Shown: in pieces, positions 27,924 through 37,340 of the stretch
Numbering within the stretch: position 1 is the stretch's first letter
Layout: every line of letters starts with the position of its first letter
Origin: Verrucomicrobiota bacterium
GTDB lineage: Bacteria > Verrucomicrobiota > Verrucomicrobiia > Limisphaerales > Palsa-1400
Direction of reading: 5' to 3'
Assembly: GCA_049510745.1 (NCBI GenBank)
Contig: JBEKYR010000002.1
Location: 96,001-160,000, forward strand
DNA: 64,000 nucleotides
Translations under genes and position numbers: made by a program
Notes under the pieces: generated by a model
Database searches by the model: none
Seen by the model: only the letters and a program-made list of their open reading frames with translations
Told to the model about the DNA's origin: nothing

Positions 27924-29450
27924 TCACGGCGGCACCTGGAACGTGCGCAGGTCTTCGCTCGGTGCGCGGCTATAGACGGGCACGCGAACTGCCAGGGCGT
28001 CAAACCCAAGATAATAGCCGGCGGATTTTTCAGCTTTGCCGGCGCCCTCGAATCGCAAGACGTGCGTTCCAGCCGCCAACTGGCGCTGACCCAGCTTGTG
28101 CGCGACGGGCGACACTTCCGGCGCGTAAAGGTCCAGTCGCGCCAGCGGCTCGCCGTCCAGTTTGACCTGGTAGATTCCGTAATCCCACGAGTGGACCATC
28201 TTCAGCATCAACTCGACTGTTTCCGGCGTGTCCAAGTGAAAGGAACATTCGATCCAGGCGCTGGCCTCCGCGGGCCGGAACCAGAGTTGCCTGCCATCGG
28301 TCGTGCCGCCGACCGGCTGGACTTCGAGGGGCGCGTCGGAGTGCCGCGCGGCGGCGACGGCCTCATGCCCTTTGAGCAAGGTCTGATCGTGAAAAGGCAG
28401 CCGCTCCGGTCCGGGCGGCAGCGCGCGCCACGGTTTGTGCGGTTCGATCTGGTACCAGAACGCCACGCTCGACATCAGATCATCGCGCTCGATAAACCCG
28501 CTGCTCGTGCCGTCGGGAAACCTCTGCGAGCCTTTGTGCTCGATCTCGACCCGCAGCGATTTGGTGAACGGGATCGGGTCGGGAATGTGAAAGCGATAGG
28601 CCGAGCCGCGATCGCCGGTGTCGAACCCCTCCCACAATGGCGCCCCGTAAAACGGCCCCGACTGCTCGGAAAACCCCCAGCCGTCGCAAAAATAATCCTC
28701 CGTCCCCGTGCCGCGCAGGCTCGGCTCCTGTTCGCCGTCAATATAAAAAAAATCGTCCCCCTCCCCGTACCAGCCCGGGGAAACCAGATAAACGCTTTGC
28801 ACGGTGCCCACGTAATGGCCGCGCCCGGCGATGTCGGCGATCTGGTAGTTCTGGCCCATGACGCACGGGAATTCCTGCCGGTACATGGCGTGGAAATAGG
28901 CCGTGTCCCGCGGCAGCGACCGGTGCTTCTGCCAGTCGATGTAGTAGTAAAAAGCGTCGCAGCGTTTGTCGCTGTCGTTGCTGACGGTGACGCGGGCCGA
29001 TTTGCGGAAGGGCATCGGCCAGTAACAATTGCGGCCGCGCCCGTTGGAGGTGACCCGGATGGGCAGGGAAGTGAACGGCTTGTCAATGCCGTGGCCCATG
29101 CCGAAGAAGTCGCCAATGGGGCACTCGACACTGGGGGATTTCTCGCCGTCCCAATAAATGCGCAAGGTCAGGAGGCGGGGATAGTACGGGTCCCGGTGCG
29201 CGATGGTACACCAAAAATGGGCGATGATGCCGGGGCCGGCCAGCTCGGCCAGAGTGAGGGTGGCGCCGGGTTCAATGGGGCGGAAATCGGCGTTGCCGTT
29301 GCGCCAATCGGGATCGGAAGAGGAAGCGCGGCGGCTCTCAAAATGTTTGAGCTTTTCCAAACCGGAAAGCGGGTTGCCCGGCTCCAGTTGCCCCAGGGCG
29401 AAGCTGGCGGAAAACGCCGCGATGAAACACGTCAAGTAAAATGATTTCAT
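27924..29450 (-). CDS. DUF2961 (GH172-like) glycoside hydrolase with C-terminal beta-sandwich domain
   Basis: RIYWDGE..PSVECPIGDFFG, NCYWPMPFRKSA, WYGEGDDFFYIDGE, GTGTEDYF, YRFHIPDPI. Confidence 0.9.
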   Translation of the reverse strand: MKSFYLTCFIAAFSASFALGQLEPGNPLSGLEKLKHFESRRASSSDPDWRNGNADFRPIEPGATLTLAELAGPGIIAHFWCTIAHRDPYYPRLLTLRIYWDGEKSPSVECPIGDFFGMGHGIDKPFTSLPIRVTSNGRGRNCYWPMPFRKSARVTVSNDSDKRCDAFYYYIDWQKHRSLPRDTAYFHAMYRQEFPCVMGQNYQIADIAGRGHYVGTVQSVYLVSPGWYGEGDDFFYIDGEQEPSLRGTGTEDYFCDGWGFSEQSGPFYGAPLWEGFDTGDRGSAYRFHIPDPIPFTKSLRVEIEHKGSQRFPDGTSSGFIERDDLMSSVAFWYQIEPHKPWRALPPGPERLPFHDQTLLKGHEAVAAARHSDAPLEVQPVGGTTDGRQLWFRPAEASAWIECSFHLDTPETVELMLKMVHSWDYGIYQVKLDGEPLARLDLYAPEVSPVAHKLGQRQLAAGTHVLRFEGAGKAEKSAGYYLGFDALAVRVPVYSRAPSEDLRTFQVPP

Positions 29451-29512
29451 GCCAACGTGTGAAAGACTGCCGGCAAACGGCCGCGGGAATCCATCCCCAA
29501 AGTAATTCGCGG

Positions 29513-29935
29513 CTATTTCGCCTCGGCCGCCACCGGGGCCGCAGCAGGCGCGGCAGGCGCGGCGGGCGCGGCAGGCGCGGCCCTGCCCTCCCGTTCCTTG
29601 ACCAGGGTGGCGCCCTTGCCGATGCGCTGGCGCAGGTAGGTCAGTTTGGCGCGGCGGACGGAACCTTTGCGCTCGATTTCCACTTTGTCGATGCGGGGCG
29701 AATGTACCGGGAAAATTCGCTCGACCCCTTCGCCGTAGCTGATGCGCCGGACGGTGAAGGTGGAATTCAACCCGTGTCCCCGGCGTCCAATGACCACGCC
29801 GGAAAAAATCTGGATGCGCTCCTTGTCGCCTTCGATCACTTTGGTGTGGACACGCACGGTGTCGCCCACCCCGAATTCCGAGGCGCCCTTGCGATACTGC
29901 TCCGATTCAATTTTGTCTAATAATGCCTGGTTCAT
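29513..29935 (-). CDS. rplS: 50S ribosomal protein L19
   Basis: [42 protein letters not shown]. Confidence 0.98.
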   Translation of the reverse strand: MNQALLDKIESEQYRKGASEFGVGDTVRVHTKVIEGDKERIQIFSGVVIGRRGHGLNSTFTVRRISYGEGVERIFPVHSPRIDKVEIERKGSVRRAKLTYLRQRIGKGATLVKEREGRAAPAAPAAPAAPAAAPVAAEAK

Positions 29936-29945
29936 AAAATGCCTC

Positions 29946-30632
29946 TCATTGCTCTGTCTGCTTCTTCCGCCACAAGTCCGGCCGCCGCGCCTGCGTCCGC
30001 AAGACGGCCTGTTCCCGGCGCCATTTTTCGATCTCCGCATGGTTGCCGGACAAGAGCACCGGCGGCACTTTCAGCCCCCGGAACTCCGCCGGCCGCGTAT
30101 AATGCGGATACTCCAGCAACCCCTGGCTGAACGACTCGTCCAGCGAACTCTGCTCGTCCCCCAGCGCCCCCGGCAAGAGCCGTGTCACCGCGTCAATGAG
30201 CACCATCGCCGCCAGCGACCCGTTGGTCAGGACGTAATCGCCGATGGACAGCTCGTCATCGGCCAGTTCCTGCCCCACCCGTTCATCGACCCCTTCGTAA
30301 GCGCCGCAAATCAACAGCAGCGTCTCCTGCCGCGCCAACTCCTGGGCCGCGTTTTGGTCAAAAAGGCGCCCGGCTGGCGACATCAAAATGACCCTCGTCC
30401 CCTCCCCCGCCAGGGCTTGGACGGCTTCAAAAATCGGTTCCGGCTTCAACACCATGCCCGGCCCGCCGCCAAAGGGCCGGTCATCGACCGTTTTGTAATT
30501 GTCGTGGGTGTAATCGCGCAGATTATGCACCCGCAAATCCAACAGGCCGTTCTTGCGGGCGCGCTGGACAATGCTCACATCCATCGGTCCCGTGAACATT
30601 TCCGGGAACAAAGTGAGCAGATCAATTCTCAA
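29946..30632 (-). CDS. trmD: tRNA (guanine37-N1)-methyltransferase
   Basis: [47 protein letters not shown]. Confidence 0.98.
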   Translation of the reverse strand: MRIDLLTLFPEMFTGPMDVSIVQRARKNGLLDLRVHNLRDYTHDNYKTVDDRPFGGGPGMVLKPEPIFEAVQALAGEGTRVILMSPAGRLFDQNAAQELARQETLLLICGAYEGVDERVGQELADDELSIGDYVLTNGSLAAMVLIDAVTRLLPGALGDEQSSLDESFSQGLLEYPHYTRPAEFRGLKVPPVLLSGNHAEIEKWRREQAVLRTQARRPDLWRKKQTEQ

Positions 30633-30880
30633 GCTTTTGCCGCCGGCGTGTCCTCGACAATCTCCAGGGTGCAGCGCAGGGCCTGTTTGGCGCTGCCCGC
30701 CAAGAGCAGCGAGCGGATGGCGTTAATCGTCATCCCCTGCCTGCCAATGATTTTGCCCACGTCGTCCGGATGCATCCGCAATTCATACACGGTCACGGTG
30801 TCCTTGACCACCGGCGTGACGGTCACGGCCTCCGGATGGCGCACCAACCCTTTGACCAGATACTCAAGAAAGGCCTGCAT
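30629..30880 (-). CDS. khpA: KH-domain RNA-binding protein (KhpA/YlqC)
   Basis: [18 protein letters not shown]; located between rpsP and trmD. Confidence 0.9.
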   Translation of the reverse strand: MQAFLEYLVKGLVRHPEAVTVTPVVKDTVTVYELRMHPDDVGKIIGRQGMTINAIRSLLLAGSAKQALRCTLEIVEDTPAAKA

Positions 30881-30893
30881 CGATCCTCCCGGT

Positions 30894-31148
30894 TCAGGCC
30901 GCCGGGGCGGCTTTGCTCTGTTTCTCGATAAAGCTGGCGACCGTCTCGCTGGGCTGGGCGCCCTGGCTCATCCAGTATTTGGCCCGATCGAGGTTCAGCG
31001 TGTAATTGTCGCCCTTTTGCAGGGGACGGTAGCTGCCGATTTCCTCGATGAATTTGCCATCGCGCGGACTGCGGGCGTCGGCCACAACAATGCGAAAATA
31101 AGGAGCGTTCTTGGCTCCAACGCGTTTCAAACGAATTCTAACTGACAT
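30894..31148 (-). CDS. rpsP: 30S ribosomal protein S16
   Basis: MSVRIRLKRVG, RIVVADARSPRDGKFIEEIG, GAQPSETV. Confidence 0.98.
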   Translation of the reverse strand: MSVRIRLKRVGAKNAPYFRIVVADARSPRDGKFIEEIGSYRPLQKGDNYTLNLDRAKYWMSQGAQPSETVASFIEKQSKAAPAA

Positions 31149-31615
31149 AGTTCAAGTCTGTTGTGGCGGCGGCGAGCCACATCATCAACCGCCCGCCGCT
31201 TGTGCGGCGTCCAAAAAGGTGGGTGAGAGTAATCTCGCCCCCCGCGCTTGGCAAGGCCCTTTTTTGCCGCTTTTTTGCCCCCCTTTTCCGCCCCCTTTTT
31301 TCCCGTTTCGCAACTCAACCTGCCCGCCCCGCGCACCCTTGGGCGCAGCGCGATCCGGGCAAAACGGGCCTTGGCCGCGGCAACCCAACCTTGCCTCCGG
31401 CCTGCAAAATATGGCCAGTATTTGCCAAGGAGAGGGTAGTCCCTCTGACCCCTTCTAATTAAGGTAAGAAAGAAAGTATGACGATTAAACCATCGATCAC
31501 ATCAGGGCACAGACGAAAGGCAGTGAATCGAACGGCCGAACCGGTGAGGGGCCAGGCCCCCCGGCCTTGCGTCCACCGGGCTTGCCAAAGATCCTGAACA
31601 AGAAAAGGAATCGAA

Positions 31616-32509
31616 ATGTCCACATCTGAATCTGTTTTCGAGGGCGTCGAAAAGGCCCACGCCGTCCCGGGCGCGACCGCTTTCGGCTGCCCGCGCAATT
31701 TTCTCGACAACCGCTTCGTCTATACTGTGGTGTCGGCGCGCGCGCGGGGCCTCTCCATCGGCATCAACATGAACCCGGACAAGTTCTGCAATTTTGACTG
31801 CCTTTATTGCGAGGTCAACCGGGAGTTGCCCCCGGCGGAACGGGAGCTGAATGTCGCGGTCATGGCGGAGGAATTGGATAAGACACTCTTCCTGGTGCGC
31901 TCGGGCAAAATCCGCGAGCATGCCGGCTACCACGAGTTGAGCGACGAGCTGCTGCACTTGCGCCACGTGGCCTTGAGCGGCGATGGCGAACCGACCCTCT
32001 GCCCGAATTTCGCCGAAGCCATCCAGGTCGTCGTCCACGTGCGGGCGCGCAATCCCCATGCGTTTTTCAAACTGGCCCTCATTACCAACGGCACCGGCCT
32101 GGATTTGCGCCCCGTGCAGGACAGCCTCCAATACTTTACGCACGACGACGAGATTTGGATCAAGCTCGACGCCGGCACGCAAGACTACATGGATCGGGTC
32201 AACCGCAGCAAAGTGCCGCTGGAGAAGGTCATTTCGAACATCCTCCTGGTGGCGCGCCAGCGCCCGGTCGTCATCCAAAGTTTGTTTCCGCTGGTCTTTG
32301 GCCAGGAACCGCCGCCGCAAGAAATCGATGAGTATATTTTGCGCCTGCACGACCTAAAATATGCCGGAGCGCGAATCGCGCTGGTGCAGATTTATTCGGC
32401 CACCAGGCCCATCGCCCATCCCGATTGCGGGCACATGCCGCTGAAGAAGCTCTCGCGCATCGCCCAGCGGATCAAGGCGGAAACGGGGTTGAAAGCGGAA
32501 GTCTTTTGA
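31616..32509 (+). CDS. Radical SAM protein
   Basis: CNFDCLYC, SGDGEPT, ITNG, KLDAG. Confidence 0.9.
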   Translation: MSTSESVFEGVEKAHAVPGATAFGCPRNFLDNRFVYTVVSARARGLSIGINMNPDKFCNFDCLYCEVNRELPPAERELNVAVMAEELDKTLFLVRSGKIREHAGYHELSDELLHLRHVALSGDGEPTLCPNFAEAIQVVVHVRARNPHAFFKLALITNGTGLDLRPVQDSLQYFTHDDEIWIKLDAGTQDYMDRVNRSKVPLEKVISNILLVARQRPVVIQSLFPLVFGQEPPPQEIDEYILRLHDLKYAGARIALVQIYSATRPIAHPDCGHMPLKKLSRIAQRIKAETGLKAEVF

Positions 32510-32532
32510 GCGCGCCGCGGCGGGCCTGCGGT

Positions 32533-32553
32533 GTCTAAGGAATTCCCTTAGAC
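32533..32553. promoter_or_regulatory. Perfect 8-5-8 inverted repeat, candidate operator
   Basis: gtctaagg-aattc-ccttagac upstream of the PocR-AraC gene. Confidence 0.45.
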
Positions 32554-32671
32554 CTTCTAGTTAATTCCCCCTGAACGTGTCTGGCGGGACACCTAATTGT
32601 TGGCGGGCCTGGATCGGTGCTAACTTGCTCCCATGATAACAAATTTTGTTCAATCGGCCGCGGAGAAACAA

Positions 32672-33559
32672 ATGAACCGGCACGACAACAAAGATTTAAT
32701 CGAGAGTCTGATCAACTCCAAGATCTTTCAGGACTACGAAAAGGCGTTCAGCGAGACCACCGGCCTGCCCGTCTCGTTGCGCCCGGTGGAATCGTGGCAG
32801 TTGCCGCACCACGGCAAGCGGCACGAGAACCCCCTGTGCGCCATGCTGGCCGAGAAAAGCAAGTCTTGCGCGACCTGCCTGCAGATGCAGCAACAACTCT
32901 CGGAAAGCGCCCGCTTTGAACCCGCCACGGTCACTTGCCAGCTTGGATTGGTCGATACCGCGGTGCCGGTTCGCCTGGGCGAGCAGTTGATCGGCTTCCT
33001 CCAAACCGGCCAGGTGCTGCGCCGCAGGGCCACGCCCTCCCTCATTGAGCGCACGGGCAGGCTCGTCGCCGAGTGGGGTCTGCAAATGAGCCGGGAACGG
33101 CTGCAAAGCGTCTATTTTGGAACCAAGGTCTTGTCGGCCAAACAGTACGATTCGATGGTCAAACTGCTCAGCATCTTCGCCGAGCACATCTCGGTGGTCA
33201 GCAACCAGATTGTCGTCCACCGCGAAAACAGCGAATCGCCGGTGATCAAGCGGGCGAAGGAATTCATCGTTGAAAACCAGGCGGAGGACCTTTCCCTGGG
33301 CCAGGTGGCCAAGGCGGTCAACACCAGCACCTTCCACTTTTGCAAGATGTTCAAAAAAGCGACCGGCTTGAATTTCACCGAGTATGTCTCGCGCGTGCGC
33401 GTGGAAAAAGCCCGCAATCTGCTGCTCAATCCGAACCTGCGCATCAGCGAAATCGCTTACGAAGTGGGCTTCCAATCGCTGACGCACTTCAACCGGGTTT
33501 TCAAAAAGATCACCGGCCAGTCGCCCACCGATTACCGGAGCCAACTGGCCCCGGCTTGA
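32672..33559 (+). CDS. PocR-sensor AraC-family transcriptional regulator
   Basis: PocR-like '[13 protein letters not shown]...GFLQTGQ'; AraC HTH '[32 protein letters not shown]'. Confidence 0.92.
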   Translation: MNRHDNKDLIESLINSKIFQDYEKAFSETTGLPVSLRPVESWQLPHHGKRHENPLCAMLAEKSKSCATCLQMQQQLSESARFEPATVTCQLGLVDTAVPVRLGEQLIGFLQTGQVLRRRATPSLIERTGRLVAEWGLQMSRERLQSVYFGTKVLSAKQYDSMVKLLSIFAEHISVVSNQIVVHRENSESPVIKRAKEFIVENQAEDLSLGQVAKAVNTSTFHFCKMFKKATGLNFTEYVSRVRVEKARNLLLNPNLRISEIAYEVGFQSLTHFNRVFKKITGQSPTDYRSQLAPA

Positions 33560-33576
33560 AGCCGGGCCGCGGGCCA

Positions 33577-34719
33577 ATGGAGCCGAGCAAGGAACTGCAC
33601 GACCTGAAATCGGCGCTGGATGCCCATTCCATCGTTGCCATCACCGACGCCCGCGGGCGCATTACCTACGTCAACGACAAGTTTTGCGAGATTTCCAAGT
33701 ATGCCCGCGAGGAATTGCTGGGCCAGGACCACCGCCTCATCAACTCGAGGTTTCATCCAAAGGAATTTTTCCGCGATCTCTGGACCACCATCGCCCGCGG
33801 CAAAGTCTGGCACGGCGAAATCCGCAATCGCGCCAAGGACGGCACTTTTTACTGGGTGGATACGACGATCTTTCCCTTTCTCGACGCGGACGGAAAACCA
33901 ACGCAATACATCGTCATCCGGACGGACATTACCGAGCGCAAGCACGCGGAAGCCAGGCTGGCCGAATTGGCGCAGAGCCTGGCGGAAAAGAACAAGGAAT
34001 TGGAAACGGTCGTCTATGTCGCGTCGCACGATTTGCGTTCTCCCCTGGTCAACATCCAGGGATTCACCAGGGAATTGAAACGCGACTGCGATCGGATTCG
34101 CGAGTTGATCGAGGGCGGCGAGCTTTCGGACCTCAACGAACGCGAACTGAAAACCATTCTCAACCGGGATGTGCCCGAAGCGATGGCGTTCATCCAGGCC
34201 GGTGTCGTCAAGATTGACACCTTATTGAGCGGCTTCCTTCGTTTTTCCAGGTTGGGCCGCGCGGCCCTGACGATCAAACGGTTGGACATGAATGCGATGC
34301 TGGCCAACATCGCGCAAACCGTTGAATTCCAGCTCCAGCAAGCCGGCGCCACCCTCCGGGTCGCGCCCTTGCCCGACTGCCGGGGCGACGCCATCCAAGT
34401 CAATCAAGTCTTTTCCAATCTGATCGACAACGCCATTAAGTATCGCAGTCCAAACCGCACCGCGCTCATCGAAGTGTCCGGCGCCGTTGACAATGGCCGC
34501 TGCCTCTATGCGGTCAAGGACAACGGCATCGGCATCGCGCCGGAACATCAGGCCAAGGTCTTCGAGATTTTCCATCGACTCAACCCAGCCGCCTCCGAAG
34601 GGGAAGGACTGGGGCTGACCATTGCCCAGAAGATACTCGAACGGCAGGACGGCAAGATCTGGGTGGAATCCAAAGCCGGGCAAGGCTGCGTTTTTTTTGT
34701 TTCTTTGCCCGCAATCTAA
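33577..34719 (+). CDS. PAS-domain sensor histidine kinase
   Basis: PAS '[14 protein letters not shown]'; H-box [11 protein letters not shown]1 and G2 boxes. Confidence 0.95.
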   Translation: MEPSKELHDLKSALDAHSIVAITDARGRITYVNDKFCEISKYAREELLGQDHRLINSRFHPKEFFRDLWTTIARGKVWHGEIRNRAKDGTFYWVDTTIFPFLDADGKPTQYIVIRTDITERKHAEARLAELAQSLAEKNKELETVVYVASHDLRSPLVNIQGFTRELKRDCDRIRELIEGGELSDLNERELKTILNRDVPEAMAFIQAGVVKIDTLLSGFLRFSRLGRAALTIKRLDMNAMLANIAQTVEFQLQQAGATLRVAPLPDCRGDAIQVNQVFSNLIDNAIKYRSPNRTALIEVSGAVDNGRCLYAVKDNGIGIAPEHQAKVFEIFHRLNPAASEGEGLGLTIAQKILERQDGKIWVESKAGQGCVFFVSLPAI

Positions 34720-34730
34720 GGTGTAAATAA

Positions 34731-35174
34731 ATGTGCATGACCAAAGAAGTCATTATTCTGATCGCCGACGATGATCCCGGCCATGTCCGCCTGATCGAAA
34801 AGAATCTCAGGCGCGCCGGGCTGCACAACCCGATCGAGCGGTTTGAAAACGGCCAGGATATTTTGGATTTTCTTTTTGGCCGCGGCGCCCGGCGGCGGGC
34901 CAGGGAAGCCTCCTACCTCCTCCTGCTCGATATCCGCATGCCAAAAGTCGATGGCGTCGAAGTGCTCCGCCAGATCAAGGCGGACCCGGAGTTGAGGAAG
35001 ATTCCCGCCATCATGCTCACGACCACCGATGACCCGCGCGAAGTCGAGCATTGCCACGCCCTCGGTTGCAGCAATTACGTCGTCAAGCCGGTGGATTACG
35101 AAAAATTCGCGGAGGCGATCAAGCAGTTCGGCCTGTTCATCGCCCTGGTGCAAGTGCCCGAAGTGCGGACCTGA
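34731..35174 (+). CDS. Single-domain response regulator
   Basis: IADDD, LLDIRMPKVDG, YVVKP. Confidence 0.95.
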   Translation: MCMTKEVIILIADDDPGHVRLIEKNLRRAGLHNPIERFENGQDILDFLFGRGARRRAREASYLLLLDIRMPKVDGVEVLRQIKADPELRKIPAIMLTTTDDPREVEHCHALGCSNYVVKPVDYEKFAEAIKQFGLFIALVQVPEVRT

Positions 35175-35181
35175 CTGGAGC

Positions 35182-36600
35182 ATGAGCAAGCACAAGACAG
35201 CCGCGACACTCCTGGTGGTCGATGATGATCGCGGCCTGCTGCGCCTGGCGGCCAAGGCCCTGGAAGGGGAGGGTTTTTCCGTCGCCACCGCCGCCTCCGG
35301 CACGGAGGCCATCGCCTGGTTGAAGGAAAACCGGCCGGATTTGCTCTTGCTGGACTTGAAGCTTCAGGATTTCGATGCCCGCCAGATCATCAACCAACTC
35401 TCCGGCCTCAAACGTCTCCCCTCCTTTCTGATCATTACCGGACAAGGCGATGAGCGGGTCGCCGTCGAGATGATGAAAAGCGGGGCGCGGGATTACCTGG
35501 TCAAAGGCGCCGGGTTTTTGGAGGTCCTGCCCTCGGTGGCCGCGCGCGTGCTGGGGCAGATCGAGCAGGAAGGAAAATTGGCCGCCGCCGAAGAAGCCTT
35601 GCGCCTGAGCGAGGAACGATTCCGCGTCGCGTTGAAACATTCTCCCATCATGGTCTTCAACCAGGACACCGAGCTGCGCTATACGTGGGTTCACAACGAA
35701 TCCGTCGTCCAGGCGGGCAAGGACATGCTGGGCAGGACCGACGCCGAACTGTTTCCCGCCGAAGAGGCGGACCGGTTGACGCAGATCAAGGCGCGCGTCT
35801 TGCTGACCGGAACCGGTCTGCGGCAGGAAGTTTCCCGCGCGGCCAACGGCCAAAAGCACTTTTTTGATCTGACGGTCGAGCCGGTGAGGGATGCCCTGGG
35901 CCGGATCACCGGCATCACCGGCGCCGCCATGGAGGTGACGGAGCGCAAGCGATTGGAGGAGGAAATCCTGCGAATCACCGAAAGGGAACAGCGCCGCATC
36001 GGACAGGATTTGCACGATGGCATCTGCCAGCGCCTGGCGGGCATCGAATTGAAAAGCCAGGCCCTGGCGGAAACCCTTGAGAAAAAAGCCAGGCCCCAGG
36101 CGGCTCAAGCCGAGGAAATTGCCCGCCACGTGCGCGAGGTCATTGCCCAGACGCGCTCGCTGGCCCGCGGGCTTTCCCCGTTTATTCTCGAGTCCGAAGG
36201 ATTGATCTCCGCCCTGGGGGAACTGGCCGTCAGCACGGAAAGATTATTCAGCGTCAAATGCAATTTCGGAAATGACGGCCTGGTTTCTCTCTCCGATCAG
36301 GCCGTGGCCACTCATCTCTATCGCATCGCCCAGGAAGCCGTCGCCAACGCCATCAAACATGGCAAGGCCAGCGCCGTCGAAATCAGCCTCACGAACACCA
36401 GCGGCAAGACTCTACTGGCGATCAGCGACAATGGAATCGGTTTCAGGTCCCCCGTCCCGGTCGGAACCGGCATGGGCTTGCGCACCATGCAATACCGGGC
36501 GGGAATGATCGGGGCCGCCTTGCTCGTGCAGGCCCAAGCCAAAGGCGGGACGCGAATCCTTTGTTTTCTCCAGAATGCCCCAAGCCCATCGGCCCAATGA
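35182..36600 (+). CDS. REC-PAS-HisKA_3 hybrid histidine kinase
   Basis: N-terminal receiver; ERE..RIGQDLHDG; YRIAQEAVANAIKH; DNGIG, GMGL. Confidence 0.93.
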   Translation: MSKHKTAATLLVVDDDRGLLRLAAKALEGEGFSVATAASGTEAIAWLKENRPDLLLLDLKLQDFDARQIINQLSGLKRLPSFLIITGQGDERVAVEMMKSGARDYLVKGAGFLEVLPSVAARVLGQIEQEGKLAAAEEALRLSEERFRVALKHSPIMVFNQDTELRYTWVHNESVVQAGKDMLGRTDAELFPAEEADRLTQIKARVLLTGTGLRQEVSRAANGQKHFFDLTVEPVRDALGRITGITGAAMEVTERKRLEEEILRITEREQRRIGQDLHDGICQRLAGIELKSQALAETLEKKARPQAAQAEEIARHVREVIAQTRSLARGLSPFILESEGLISALGELAVSTERLFSVKCNFGNDGLVSLSDQAVATHLYRIAQEAVANAIKHGKASAVEISLTNTSGKTLLAISDNGIGFRSPVPVGTGMGLRTMQYRAGMIGAALLVQAQAKGGTRILCFLQNAPSPSAQ

Positions 36601-37277
36601 ACTCCGGCAAACCAGCGGGCGCGCCGCCCACAAAAATCCTGATCGTCGATGATCATCCGATGATGCGCGAGGGCCTGGCGCAACTGATTGGAAACCAGCC
36701 GGACCTGACGGTTTGCGGCGAGGCTGGAAACGCGCACGAAGCTTTGGAAAAAGTCCGCCTGCTCAAGCCGGACCTTGTCCTGGTGGATATTACGCTGCCC
36801 GGACGCAATGGCTTGGAACTGATCAAGGACATCCAGGTGTTGGACGCCGCCATTTCGGTCCTGGTCATTTCCATGCACGACGAATCGCTTTACGCCGAAC
36901 GGGTGCTGCGCGCGGGCGGGCGCGGCTACGTGATGAAACAGGAAGGCGGCAAAAAAATCATGGAAGCCATTCGCCAGGTCTCCGCCGGGCAGATTTTTGT
37001 CAGCGAAAAAATGTCCGCCAAAATTCTGGAAATCTTCTCGGGACACCGGCCCGACGCCGGCCAATCGCCGGTGGAAAACCTGACCGACCGCGAATTTGAG
37101 GTTTTCCAATTGATTGGCCAGGGGATGGAGACGAAGCAATTGGCCAGGGAACTGCACGTCAGCCCCAAAACCATCGAAGTCCATCGCGCCAACATCAAAG
37201 CCAAACTCAAGATCAAGAGCATGGCGGAACTCATCCGCTACGCCGTGCGCTGGGTGGAGTCGGAAAAGCCGGACTAA
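36597..37277 (+). CDS. NarL/LuxR-family response regulator
   Basis: IVDDHPMMREG; LTDREFEV...SPKTIEVHRANIKAKL. Confidence 0.95.
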   Translation: MNSGKPAGAPPTKILIVDDHPMMREGLAQLIGNQPDLTVCGEAGNAHEALEKVRLLKPDLVLVDITLPGRNGLELIKDIQVLDAAISVLVISMHDESLYAERVLRAGGRGYVMKQEGGKKIMEAIRQVSAGQIFVSEKMSAKILEIFSGHRPDAGQSPVENLTDREFEVFQLIGQGMETKQLARELHVSPKTIEVHRANIKAKLKIKSMAELIRYAVRWVESEKPD

Positions 37278-37340
37278 CGCCTGCGTCTGACGGAGCACGT
37301 CTGGTTCTTGGCGTATCGAACCGCGTTCCTTCCGCGCCAA

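Noticed and set aside
29520..29585. 9-bp tandem repeat at the end of rplS
   Set aside because: Encodes an ordinary low-complexity (AAP)n tail.
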